Position numbers and translations under genes: made by a program
Source: Spirochaetota bacterium
GTDB lineage: Bacteria > Spirochaetota > UBA4802 > UBA5550
Assembly: GCA_963664815.2 (NCBI GenBank)
Contig: CAXXHB010000002.1
Coordinates: 736,001 to 800,000, forward strand
DNA length: 64,000 nucleotides
Direction: 5' to 3'
In this document: positions 10,248 to 19,894 of the stretch, piece after piece
Layout of the letters: each line of letters opens with the position of its first letter
How positions within the stretch are numbered: the stretch's first letter is position 1
Notes under the pieces: generated by a model
Databases searched by the model: none
Told to the model about the DNA's origin: nothing
What the model saw: the letters and a program-made list of their open reading frames with translations, nothing else

Positions 10248-13200
10248 ATGAATATAGCAAAACTCGCGATTAAACGCCCTGTATTTATATCATGTATAGT
10301 AGCAATCATAGTTATTGTAGGTGGAATTTCTTATCACAACATCGGTGTTGAGCTGATGCCCGACATGTCATTCCCGACAATCGGTGTAACGACAACTTAT
10401 GCAGGTGCGTCTCCAGAGGAGATAGAACAGCTTATAACAAAACCGCTTGAGGATGAATTGGGATCTTTATCAGGTCTTAAACACCTGAGTTCAGAGAATA
10501 TTGAGAGTCTGTCAACCATAACACTTGAGTTTGATATGACAGTTGATGCGGAAAAGGCTGCCCAGGATGTGCGTGACAGGATTAATATTGTGAAAAACAA
10601 TCTTCCGGACGATCTTACCGATGATCCGGTTGTGCGTAAGTTCGATCCGGATTCATCAGCAGTTATCAGACTTGCACTTATCTCAGATCTCACTACTGCG
10701 GAGATATATGATCTTGCGAAGGAGACAATAAAACCAAAACTGGAAAGGATCAAGGATGTTGGCAGCGTACAGATTACGGGGGGCAGTCGAAGGGAGATAC
10801 AGATTGAAATTGACCAGGCTAAACTCAATTCATATATGATTCCAATGACAAGCGTGGTGGGGCAGATTAAAAGCTCAGGTTCTAATATCCCCGTAGGGAA
10901 AAAGGAACATGGGAATACACAGACCGTTTTCAGAGCAATGGGTGAATTCACAGATCTTAATCAGGTAAGGAATACTCTGATATCTTTCTCGGGGGATCTT
11001 GGGAACTCGGTAAGTGTTAAAACTCTCGGTGTGGTTAGTGATGGCAACAAGGACATCGAAAGTATTGGATATATCTATACTCCGACTGTGAAAAATGATA
11101 AAAACAACAGAGATAATAAAATGAGCGGAGTCGGGATTGTTCAATCCTGTATATATCTGGATGTTATCAAGCAATCCGGTAAAAACACGGTTGAAGTAAC
11201 AGACAGTGTGAAATCACAGATAGTTAAAATAAATGAAAGCCTTAAACCAGCAAAGGGCAATTCACGTATCATAGTTACTTCGGACCAGTCCAAATGGATA
11301 AAGACAAATGTCAGCGAAACCGTAAGCACAATTCTCATTGGAATATTTCTCGCTGTGCTGGTTGTCTACCTTTTTCTCGGAAATATACGATCAACAATCA
11401 TTACGGCAATTGCAATACCTAACAGTCTTCTTGGCGCAGTTATACTAATGAATGTAATGGGGTATTCTTTTAATATAATGACACTTATGGCGCTTTCACT
11501 TGTAGTTGGGCTTCTTGTTGATGATGCTATTGTTGTGAGGGAAAACATATTCAGAAAGCTTGAGAAGGGTGAGAGCTCTTTCAGGGCTGCTGAATCAGGC
11601 ACTACTGAAGTTATGTTAGCTGTTGTGGCAACAACACTCGCTATCCTGTCGGTATTTTTCCCAATAGGCATGTTAAGTGGTGTAATAGGGAAACTCTTCA
11701 AACAGTTCGGATTTACAGTTGTTTTTGCAATGATTGTGAGTCTGTTTGATGCACTTACGGTAGCCCCATTTCTCAGTGCATATTTTGCCGGTGACGGGAG
11801 AAAATCCTCCAATATTTTTACGCGCTCGTTTGAACGGTTTCAGGATAAAGCAGAAGAACTTTATTTAAAGGTTATGGGATACTGTCTGAAGCACCCAATA
11901 ACAGTAATTATTGTAACAACACTTATATTTATCAGCAGTATAGTTCTTCTCTCTTTTGTAAAGAAAACATTTATAGCATCCGGTGACAGAGGGGAGTTCG
12001 CTGTTAATATAGAGATGCCGGCAGGGACAAGCCTTCAGGGGACAGGGGAGATTCTTAAAAAGATAGAGGAAAAGATTAAAAATATTAAGGATCTGGACTA
12101 TTACAGTGTAACGGTGGGGAATTCAAGCGGAGAAGTAACGGAGGGTGAAATTCATTGTGTACTAAAAGCAAACAGAGAGAAGACTACTGATCTGTATAAA
12201 GAAGAAATGAGGAAAGTACTCTCTGAGTTTGCATATGCCAACCCGACTGTAAATGACAGTCATGCTAGCGGAGGTAAATCAAGTCCGTTTCTTCTTATTG
12301 TCTCAGGACATGATCTGGTGTCAGTGGAAAAAGCATCATCTATGATATTGGAAAAGGTAAAGACGATACCAGATCTTGTAGATGTTGATTCATCCATGAA
12401 AAAAGGTAATCCGGAATTTAGAGTTAACTTTAACCAGGAGAGGATGCAGGCTCTCGGTGTAATAAACACAGTGGCAGGAACGGAACTCAGGTATAATATA
12501 ACCGGAGCGGTTGTGGGGAAGTTCCGTGAAAATGGTGTAGAATATGATATCCGTGCAAGACTAAAACCGGAGCAGAGGGACCTGGCCGGTACATTCAATA
12601 CGACTAAGGTTGCCAATACCTCAGGGAGAATGGTACCATTAAATGCTGTGGCATCAGGAGAGAAGACGACGGGATTCGCGCAGATAAGCAGGCAGGATAA
12701 AGCGTACGTTGTTAAAATTACCGCGAACCTTTCAGAAAACGGAGCTGTTGGTAATGCTATGAACCAGACAAAAAAACTTATAAATAATATACAACTCCCT
12801 GCCGATGTCACGTATAGTTTTAGCGGGGAATCTGAAGTTTTTGCTGATACTGCATCGAGCGTTGTATTTGCGTTGATAATGGCTATTGTTTTTATCTATC
12901 TAGTTCTCTCAAGCCTTTATGAATCATTCATCACTCCCTTTACAATACTTGTTGCGGTTCCTCCCGCACTGACGGGGGCACTTCTTGCACTTTTTATTAC
13001 AGGTTTTATGCTCGATCTCTTCAGCATGATTGGGATGGTAATGCTTATGGGGCTTGTTACGAAAAATTCAATATTGCTTGTGGATAACGCTGTACATGGT
13101 GTTAATTCCGGGCTTGGCGCGAAAGAGGCTGTTTTGCTGGCGGGGCAGAGAAGGCTGCGCCCTATTCTTATGACGACATTTGCAATGCTTGCCGGGATGC

Positions 13201-13451
13201 TTCCGCTTGCGATGGGTATTGGTGAAGCAGCAAAAATGAGGCAATCAATGGGGATTTCAATAATGGGGGGAGTTATAGTTTCAACCCTGATAACTCTCAT
13301 CGTCGTACCGGCAGTATTTGAATATATAGACAGATTCAGGGTGGCGACAGAGAGTAAAATTCTTGTAAAGGATAAAAATTATTTTCTGGAAGAAACGGCT
13401 GGAGTTGAAAGCATGCAAGGAGTGAAACCTGCGGGTAAAAGAGGAAAATAA
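10248..13451 (+). CDS. RND efflux transporter permease (AcrB/AcrD/AcrF, HAE1 family)
   Basis: 1067 aa; AIKRPV start; GLLVDDAIVV, TKNSILLV and RLRPILMTT proton-relay motifs. Confidence 0.95.
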   Translation: MNIAKLAIKRPVFISCIVAIIVIVGGISYHNIGVELMPDMSFPTIGVTTTYAGASPEEIEQLITKPLEDELGSLSGLKHLSSENIESLSTITLEFDMTVDAEKAAQDVRDRINIVKNNLPDDLTDDPVVRKFDPDSSAVIRLALISDLTTAEIYDLAKETIKPKLERIKDVGSVQITGGSRREIQIEIDQAKLNSYMIPMTSVVGQIKSSGSNIPVGKKEHGNTQTVFRAMGEFTDLNQVRNTLISFSGDLGNSVSVKTLGVVSDGNKDIESIGYIYTPTVKNDKNNRDNKMSGVGIVQSCIYLDVIKQSGKNTVEVTDSVKSQIVKINESLKPAKGNSRIIVTSDQSKWIKTNVSETVSTILIGIFLAVLVVYLFLGNIRSTIITAIAIPNSLLGAVILMNVMGYSFNIMTLMALSLVVGLLVDDAIVVRENIFRKLEKGESSFRAAESGTTEVMLAVVATTLAILSVFFPIGMLSGVIGKLFKQFGFTVVFAMIVSLFDALTVAPFLSAYFAGDGRKSSNIFTRSFERFQDKAEELYLKVMGYCLKHPITVIIVTTLIFISSIVLLSFVKKTFIASGDRGEFAVNIEMPAGTSLQGTGEILKKIEEKIKNIKDLDYYSVTVGNSSGEVTEGEIHCVLKANREKTTDLYKEEMRKVLSEFAYANPTVNDSHASGGKSSPFLLIVSGHDLVSVEKASSMILEKVKTIPDLVDVDSSMKKGNPEFRVNFNQERMQALGVINTVAGTELRYNITGAVVGKFRENGVEYDIRARLKPEQRDLAGTFNTTKVANTSGRMVPLNAVASGEKTTGFAQISRQDKAYVVKITANLSENGAVGNAMNQTKKLINNIQLPADVTYSFSGESEVFADTASSVVFALIMAIVFIYLVLSSLYESFITPFTILVAVPPALTGALLALFITGFMLDLFSMIGMVMLMGLVTKNSILLVDNAVHGVNSGLGAKEAVLLAGQRRLRPILMTTFAMLAGMLPLAMGIGEAAKMRQSMGISIMGGVIVSTLITLIVVPAVFEYIDRFRVATESKILVKDKNYFLEETAGVESMQGVKPAGKRGK

Positions 13452-13481
13452 CAGCCTGATCTGGATAGATAAAAAGTAACA

Positions 13482-13528
13482 TATATTCTGTGTGTATGTG
13501 TTTAATTAATACATACACACTGAATATA
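13482..13528. terminator. Long inverted repeat between the RND gene and TetR (terminator or operator)
   Basis: TATATTC-T-GTGTGTATGTGTT [TAATT] AATACATACACAC-T-GAATATA. Confidence 0.6.
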
Positions 13529-13600
13529 ACATTTAACAGGAGAATAGATTCTTTGTACAGAGCTTATAGAGATTCAGTACAAATTAAAAAGGAGGGTAAA

Positions 13601-14257
13601 ATGATAAGCAGAGAGAAAATTATAAGCGCAGCTGTTACTGTTTTCTCGGAAAGAGGCAGGCATGGCGCACGTGTCGAGGAGATAGCAAGATGTGGGCACA
13701 TAAACAAGGCGATGATATATTACATTTATAGCAGTAAGGATGAGCTATATTTTGAAGTTATAAAGTTTATCCATGAAAAGCTGATTGAAACTCTCGCTCC
13801 GGTTGCAGAAAAACTTTCACAGGTGAATAGCAGTTATAATGACGAGTTGAACCATTTTTTATCTTCATATACTCAGTTTTTTAATGAATATCCGGATTAC
13901 AGGAATATTCTTATTGATGCTATGAGTAATGGGCCGGAAGAGACACTTAAAGTCATAAAATATATCAATGAAACTTACAAAGATAAGAATATTGCAGTTT
14001 TTATGAAAGACTTTATCGATAGGGGGAAATCGGCCAGATATTTTCGTGATATTGATACAGAACAGATAATGATCAGCATTTACGGCATGCTTATATTAAA
14101 TTCTCTGCCTGATTTTTTTCTCGGGAGAACCGGTTTAAAGACTGATGATAACAGCCGCAACATTGATACAAGTAATATAAATATTATAGATGTTCTGCTG
14201 AATGGAATAGTAGAGGGGAAATCCCGGAATGAAAAAATACAGGATCTGACTATATAG
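13601..14257 (+). CDS. TetR/AcrR family regulator
   Basis: REKIISAAVTVFSERG...VEEIARCGHINKAMIYYIYSSKDELY HTH; start moved to ATG 13601 after a GGAGG RBS. Confidence 0.9.
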   Translation: MISREKIISAAVTVFSERGRHGARVEEIARCGHINKAMIYYIYSSKDELYFEVIKFIHEKLIETLAPVAEKLSQVNSSYNDELNHFLSSYTQFFNEYPDYRNILIDAMSNGPEETLKVIKYINETYKDKNIAVFMKDFIDRGKSARYFRDIDTEQIMISIYGMLILNSLPDFFLGRTGLKTDDNSRNIDTSNINIIDVLLNGIVEGKSRNEKIQDLTI

Positions 14258-14265
14258 AGTGATCC

Positions 14266-15570
14266 TTATGGCATCAGCTTCCCCCTTATATGAGTTATAA
14301 TCTCAATAAGGCTTATGTCGTTGGCATTATCCATGTAAAGCACTCCGTTTTTAATTAATGGAGAAAGAATGGAGTAGATATCCTCGGTGAGTCCCCCATA
14401 TTGACTCATAAAAGATTCAATACGTGATCTGACGCTGAACTCTATTTTCTCTCTTGAAGAAAGTGAAAGGTATGAATCAATTACACTGAGCATTCTTTCC
14501 CTGTCATATGGTAAACTGCCTTTGATGTTTAACAGGTTAGGTGCACTGTCACTGACGATTTCTGTTTTACAGGTGGTTTCAGATATAAGTGTACGAATCT
14601 CCCTTACTACATCCTCTTCCGATGCTTCGGTAAAACTGCCATTACACCTCATTGAATCGAGACCGGTTCCGGGAAAAATTTCAAGGGTACGGAGTCTCAC
14701 AAAATCGGGTTCTATGGCGCTTAATATTCTGGCGGTTTCTTTTGCGTTTTCTTCAGATAATGCTTTTCCACCAAGTCCAGGCATTACATACACTGAGCAG
14801 GAAATGCCTGCATCCTTTGTTTTAAGTGCACCGTTTATATGGTCTTCAGAGGTTAAACCCTTGTTGACAAGCTCAAGGACGCGGTCGCTGCCGCTTTCAA
14901 GTCCAAAGTGTACGCGGTTTATTCCAGAGTCAGCATATATCTTCAGGTCACCGGGAGTCCTTATTTTCGCTGCGCTTTTTGTCCTCCCGTAAATCGTGAT
15001 GCGGCCAATAGAGGGGAATGTCTCCCTGACTAGCGAAGAAACATATGCAATAAACTCAGGTTTAAGTACCAGTGAATCTGCGTCGCCGAAGAAACATGTT
15101 TTACCTCCGTACATCCTCCATGAGAAGATGTGCGTAAAACTGTCTTCAGTTGTAGGCTTGTCCTTGAACCATGAAAGGAACCATTTTATTCTTTCGTCAG
15201 AAACTGTAGAATCTTCAAGGTTATTGCTCTTTTCATTAATTGATGGAATTGACCCGGCCTTGAATCTTGCGCGTTTAATTTCAGTGATGAGCGAATATAG
15301 CGATGATTCATCATATGATGAAGTGGAGAGGCCGGAGATTCCTTCATCTCTAAGGAGTGAATCAATGATTTTTGCGCGTTTAATATCAGCTTCAACTTCT
15401 TCAATAGTTCTCTTTGAAAATCTTGAACCGGTTTTGTAAACAGGGCAGAAACCGCATTTGTTCCAGTAACAGTTTCGCGTAAGTCTGAAAGTAAGGCTGT
15501 TGTTTTCTGTAGGTGGGCGTATTGAGCATATTTCAAATGGTTCAAATTCTGAATAATTGATGTTTCGCAT
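14266..15570 (-). CDS. Radical SAM protein
   Basis: IRPP then CYWNKCGFC (CxxxCxxC), GLESGSDRVL, YVMPGLGG; start at ATG 15570 with GGAGG RBS. Confidence 0.9.
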   Translation of the reverse strand: MRNINYSEFEPFEICSIRPPTENNSLTFRLTRNCYWNKCGFCPVYKTGSRFSKRTIEEVEADIKRAKIIDSLLRDEGISGLSTSSYDESSLYSLITEIKRARFKAGSIPSINEKSNNLEDSTVSDERIKWFLSWFKDKPTTEDSFTHIFSWRMYGGKTCFFGDADSLVLKPEFIAYVSSLVRETFPSIGRITIYGRTKSAAKIRTPGDLKIYADSGINRVHFGLESGSDRVLELVNKGLTSEDHINGALKTKDAGISCSVYVMPGLGGKALSEENAKETARILSAIEPDFVRLRTLEIFPGTGLDSMRCNGSFTEASEEDVVREIRTLISETTCKTEIVSDSAPNLLNIKGSLPYDRERMLSVIDSYLSLSSREKIEFSVRSRIESFMSQYGGLTEDIYSILSPLIKNGVLYMDNANDISLIEIITHIRGKLMP

Positions 15571-15673
15571 ACGAAAACTCGCCTCCTTTGAATCGCTGGC
15601 ATTTACTCTCATGAAAAAAGAGGGAAGAGGATTTAATCAGAATAAAGGTTAAAGAAGAAAATTCAATTATTTT

Positions 15674-16222
15674 TTACAAAATCAGATCAGGGTAAAGCTT
15701 TCTGGCACATTTGGGGCAAATAGTGTGTGTAAATTCAGCGTCAGTGTGATCATGAATATATTGTTCTATCTGCTGCCAGTATCCCCTGTCATTCCTTATG
15801 TTTTTGCATGAAGCACAGATTGGCAGAAATCCCTTTAATAGTTTAACTTCATCAAGGGCCTTATTTAACTTTAAAGATAATTCTTTCTCCATTTCTAATG
15901 AAATCCGTATTTTAGATAACAAAATAGAAAGCAACATGAATGATATCAGACGGATACCTCCATTCAAAATGTAATATATCCAATGGGAATATGTATGCCC
16001 TGATTTAAAATCAACATATGTCCATATGATGGCCGAAAAGATTGAAGAGAATATTGCACATCTTTTTCCAATGTACCATGCAAAATAACTGATAGGCATA
16101 TAATAAAAAACAAAAAAACTGAGTTCATAGCCGGTTATGTAATCGATGACGCCGAGTACTACTGTCAGTAAAATGGAAAAGAGTATCATAGTTGTTTTTA
16201 ATCTGAGTATATTTTTAATCAT
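15674..16222 (-). CDS. Membrane protein with C-terminal Cys/His-rich LPICxxCKxIR...HxICPxC domain
   Basis: About 4 TM segments (DUF4118-like), a coiled linker, then LPICASCKNIRNDRGYWQQIEQYI...FTHTICPKC. Confidence 0.8.
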   Translation of the reverse strand: MIKNILRLKTTMILFSILLTVVLGVIDYITGYELSFFVFYYMPISYFAWYIGKRCAIFSSIFSAIIWTYVDFKSGHTYSHWIYYILNGGIRLISFMLLSILLSKIRISLEMEKELSLKLNKALDEVKLLKGFLPICASCKNIRNDRGYWQQIEQYIHDHTDAEFTHTICPKCARKLYPDLIL

Positions 16223-16413
16223 GTATCAGTCTCTTTTTCGTTAAAAGAATTTATTCTGTTATCAGGATTTTGCAGTAGTAATTTTTTAAGTATAATAAAT
16301 CCAAAGTCAAGCTCTATTAAGGATGATATTAATGATATATCCAGGAAAAATAATGAAAATTTTCATCCGAATTTAAAAAAAGATAAGGCAGATTGTTTGC
16401 TCAAAAATTAATA

Positions 16414-16441
16414 TTGACAAAAACTTCACTATTTTTAGGAT
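16414..16441 (+). promoter_or_regulatory. Probable sigma70 promoter of the rpmH operon
   Basis: TTGACA-16 bp-TAGGAT. Confidence 0.5.
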
Positions 16442-16530
16442 AACCCTTTGAAATACTCACATTATTAATCTGAAAAACCTGTAATGTAAATATAAACAGT
16501 AAATTAATCGTATAAAGAGAGGTAATTCAT

Positions 16531-16689
16531 ATGAAAAGGACATTCCAGCCAAGCAAGACTAAAAGGGTAAGAAAACATGGATTTATGTCAAGAATGGAGT
16601 CTGTTGAAGGAAGAAAAGTAATTATGAGAAGAAGAAGAAAAGGAAGAAGAAAACTGACTGTATCAGATGAAAAAAGGATGCCTAAATAA
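16531..16689 (+). CDS. rpmH: 50S ribosomal protein L34 (52 aa; below the ORF track cutoff)
   Basis: Manual translation [52 protein letters not shown]; GAGG RBS. Confidence 0.97.
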   Translation: MKRTFQPSKTKRVRKHGFMSRMESVEGRKVIMRRRRKGRRKLTVSDEKRMPK

Positions 16690-16707
16690 TTATAAATTAT
16701 TCATGAT

Positions 16708-17082
16708 GTGAAAAGGGTATATTCGTTAAAAAGCAGGGAATCTTATAAGTATATTTTTTTGAAAGGAAAAAAAATAAAGGGCAGGGGCAATATCATTTTT
16801 GTTTTAAAAAGCAGTGCCATTGATAAAGGTAAAGACAAATCAGCTTTCAGTGATATTAAAATTGGGATAGCCATAGGTAAAAAATTAGGGAAAGCTAATA
16901 AAAGGAACTGGATAAAAAGGCGTATCAGAGCTATTTGCAGCGAATTAATTGTACAAATGAATGATGGATTTTCAATAATAGTCAAACCTGGCCCGGAGAA
17001 TGAAGCGATGAGTTTTGAAGAACTCAAAAGAGATATTGTAACACTTTTCAGAAATGCCGGAGTACTGAATGAGGGTAATTAA
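16708..17082 (+). CDS. rnpA: Ribonuclease P protein component
   Basis: IGIAIGKKLGKANKRNWIKRRIR (RNR-like motif); directly after rpmH. Confidence 0.93.
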   Translation: MKRVYSLKSRESYKYIFLKGKKIKGRGNIIFVLKSSAIDKGKDKSAFSDIKIGIAIGKKLGKANKRNWIKRRIRAICSELIVQMNDGFSIIVKPGPENEAMSFEELKRDIVTLFRNAGVLNEGN

Positions 17083-17347
17083 TATTATAATTAATTTATC
17101 AGGAAAAGCTGTTTCCGGTTTTGCTGTGTATATAATTAAGTTTTATAAGTTTTTTATATCTCCAGTGTTGCCTGCTGCATGCAGATATTATCCTACATGC
17201 TCTGTTTATTCAATACAGGCGATAAAAAAATTCGGATTTATTAAAGGGGGTTTCCTCTCTCTTAAAAGGGTACTCTCATGTAATCCTTTAGGTGGTACGG
17301 GATTTGATCCTGTTCCCGAGGTTTTTAGTTTTAAAAAAGCTTCTTAA
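17069..17347 (+). CDS. yidD: Membrane protein insertion efficiency factor YidD
   Basis: ISPVLPAACRYYPTCSVY...CNPLGGTGFDPVP. Confidence 0.95.
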   Translation: MRVINIIINLSGKAVSGFAVYIIKFYKFFISPVLPAACRYYPTCSVYSIQAIKKFGFIKGGFLSLKRVLSCNPLGGTGFDPVPEVFSFKKAS

Positions 17348-17449
17348 TCTTTTTCAGATTTCTGCATTAACAAATACCTCTTTTTCACTTCTGGCAATAA
17401 TAGTTTATTATTAATTGTACAAATAATTTTACGCACAAAGGAATAAAAA

Positions 17450-19105
17450 ATGGAAAAAAGAACATTACTGGCAGTTCTACTTACCATGGTTGTCTGGATT
17501 GGATGGTTCTGGTTTTTCGAACCGAAACAACCGGTACAGATAAATCAGAACCCGATAGTTCATGATATCAATACCGTAAAACCGGTACAGACTGATAGCA
17601 ATACTGTTAAGCCTTCTGTCTCCAATAATGAAATAACCACTGCTAAAAAACAGGTAAAGGAAGAAACAGTTAGTTTAAAAACAGATAAATTTAATTTTGA
17701 GCTTACTAACAAAGGAGCTTCGATATCAAAAGCAAATTATACCCAGAGAAATATTGACCTTACGCTTAATGAAAAGCTCTTTGGATCTTCGGGAAACCTC
17801 GATTTTTCAGTACACTTTTCAGAGAACGATTTTTTTAACGGAAATACGCTGAATTCTGACTTGTGGAATGTGATAAAAGTCGACGAAAAGACAGTTAAAT
17901 TTTTTACAGATATCATTGTTGAAGGAAATCCTCTGAGGCTGGAAAAGATTTTTAAATTTACCGACAAGGGTTATGATTTTAACATTGAATACAAGTTTGT
18001 TAATACAGGGAAGAATCCTGTTAAATTCAGAGACGGAAAAGCGATTTTTTCCTCTTCGGATACTCTTGGCCCTAAACTTAATTATACTAACAGGTATAAT
18101 CATATGGTGGGTATTTACTCTGCTGATGACAGTTATACTCAGAACATGAAAGGAGGAGGTTTTTTTTCCAAAGCGGGTGATTTAAAGAAAAAAAGTGGAA
18201 AGATCGATTATACCGGTATTATGAGCAGATATTTTCTTCTAATAATGATTCCCGAACAGTTCAGTGGTACTGAAATGATTTTTGACAACAGAGAGAATAC
18301 CGGTTCACGTACTGGTATGTATGTTGATATGAGTGAGATTCTTCCTGGCAAGGAGCAGTCCAGGTCTTTTAAAATTTATCTTGGCGAAAAGGATAAAGCA
18401 ATGCTCAGGAGTGTAGACCCGAGAATTGTAAAGGCATCTGACGTAAGTACAATTATCGAACCTATCAGGTATTTTGTAGTATGGTGTTTGACATGGATTA
18501 ATAAACTGTTTGGGAATATGGGATGGTCACTGGTAGTCTTTTCCGTTCTTACTAAGATTGTATTTATGCCTTTGACAAAAAAATCTACCGATTCAATGAA
18601 GAAGATGCAGGAGTTAACACCACAGATTAATAAAATTAAGGAAAAGTACAAAGATAAGCCTGATGTTCTTCAGAAAGAGACAATGAAGCTTTACAAGGAT
18701 AATAAAGTTAATCCTTTGGGAGGATGTCTGCCATTGCTTCTGCAAATGCCATTTTTCTTCGGTCTTTACAGTGCTTTGATTAATTCAATAGATCTCTGGA
18801 ATGTTCCGTTTATGTTATGGATTAAAGATTTATCAATGCCTGATACTGTTTTTGCAATTTCAGGATTTAACATAAATATACTCCCTCTGCTGATGACTGT
18901 TTCAACAATTATTCAACAGAAGCAGACAATGGTTGATACTGGAAACCAGCAGCAGAAAATAATGATGTATATGATGCCTTTTATTCTGCTTTTCGTGTTC
19001 TGGACTATGCCTTCAGGACTTGTTCTATACTGGTTCCTGCAGAATCTATACCAGATTGTAAATCAGGCAGTTGTTAATCAGATAGGCAAGAAAGCTAAAG
19101 CTTAG
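17450..19105 (+). CDS. yidC: Membrane protein insertase YidC
   Basis: NPLGGCLPLLLQMPFF, WIKDLSMPD, PSGLVLYW. Confidence 0.97.
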   Translation: MEKRTLLAVLLTMVVWIGWFWFFEPKQPVQINQNPIVHDINTVKPVQTDSNTVKPSVSNNEITTAKKQVKEETVSLKTDKFNFELTNKGASISKANYTQRNIDLTLNEKLFGSSGNLDFSVHFSENDFFNGNTLNSDLWNVIKVDEKTVKFFTDIIVEGNPLRLEKIFKFTDKGYDFNIEYKFVNTGKNPVKFRDGKAIFSSSDTLGPKLNYTNRYNHMVGIYSADDSYTQNMKGGGFFSKAGDLKKKSGKIDYTGIMSRYFLLIMIPEQFSGTEMIFDNRENTGSRTGMYVDMSEILPGKEQSRSFKIYLGEKDKAMLRSVDPRIVKASDVSTIIEPIRYFVVWCLTWINKLFGNMGWSLVVFSVLTKIVFMPLTKKSTDSMKKMQELTPQINKIKEKYKDKPDVLQKETMKLYKDNKVNPLGGCLPLLLQMPFFFGLYSALINSIDLWNVPFMLWIKDLSMPDTVFAISGFNINILPLLMTVSTIIQQKQTMVDTGNQQQKIMMYMMPFILLFVFWTMPSGLVLYWFLQNLYQIVNQAVVNQIGKKAKA

Positions 19106-19248
19106 ATAGTAATGATACATGAATCAACTGGAAGGAAACTCTCCCATTGCTCCGGGCATTGGGAGGATATAACAAACCCTGTTTCTTAATTTATCTTGTA
19201 TGTGGATTGTGGAAATATATTATATCATAAAGTCGGGAGGCTTGCTAA

Positions 19249-19893
19249 ATGAAAGTTATTGAAGTAGAAGGACGAACTCCGGATGACGCGACTAAAAAAG
19301 CCATGGCAGAGCTTGGTATCAGGGATACCTCCAAAGTTACAGTTGAAGTTATTGACGCGGGGAAGAGCGGGATTTTTGGATTTGGAGTATCAAGGCCTGC
19401 AAAAGTCAGAATTTATTATAATGAAAGTACCGAAAATGTCGGAGATAAGGTTAAAGAGTACCTGATGGCTCTTTTCTCAAGAATGGATATTGAAGGTGGA
19501 GTTAAAGATATTAAGGAGAGTGAAACCAAGGTCTATGTTGAACTTGAGAGCAAGGCCAGCTCCGGGTTGCTGATAGGTAAAAAGGGGAAAACACTTGAAG
19601 CGCTTCAGTTTATGATTAATCTGATGATCAATAACAGCACTGGGAGTGAGAAAAAAATTATTCTTGATATTGAATCCTACAGGGATAAAAGAGAGAAAGC
19701 TCTGAAAAAAATGTCAAGAGACATAGCATTTAAGGTAATCAAAACCGGAAGGCCAATGATTCTTGAACCGATGAATCCATTTGAGAGAAGGCTTATACAC
19801 CTGACCCTGCAGAATGATAAAAGGGTTACAACCAAGAGTGAAGGGCAGGGAATTTACAGAAAAATAAAGATTTCCCCTGCAAATAAAAAATAA
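19249..19893 (+). CDS. jag: RNA-binding protein Jag/EloR/KhpB (Jag_N, KH, R3H)
   Basis: GKSGIFGFG, LLIGKKGKTLEALQ, PMNPFERRLIH. Confidence 0.95.
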   Translation: MKVIEVEGRTPDDATKKAMAELGIRDTSKVTVEVIDAGKSGIFGFGVSRPAKVRIYYNESTENVGDKVKEYLMALFSRMDIEGGVKDIKESETKVYVELESKASSGLLIGKKGKTLEALQFMINLMINNSTGSEKKIILDIESYRDKREKALKKMSRDIAFKVIKTGRPMILEPMNPFERRLIHLTLQNDKRVTTKSEGQGIYRKIKISPANKK

Positions 19894-19894
19894 A

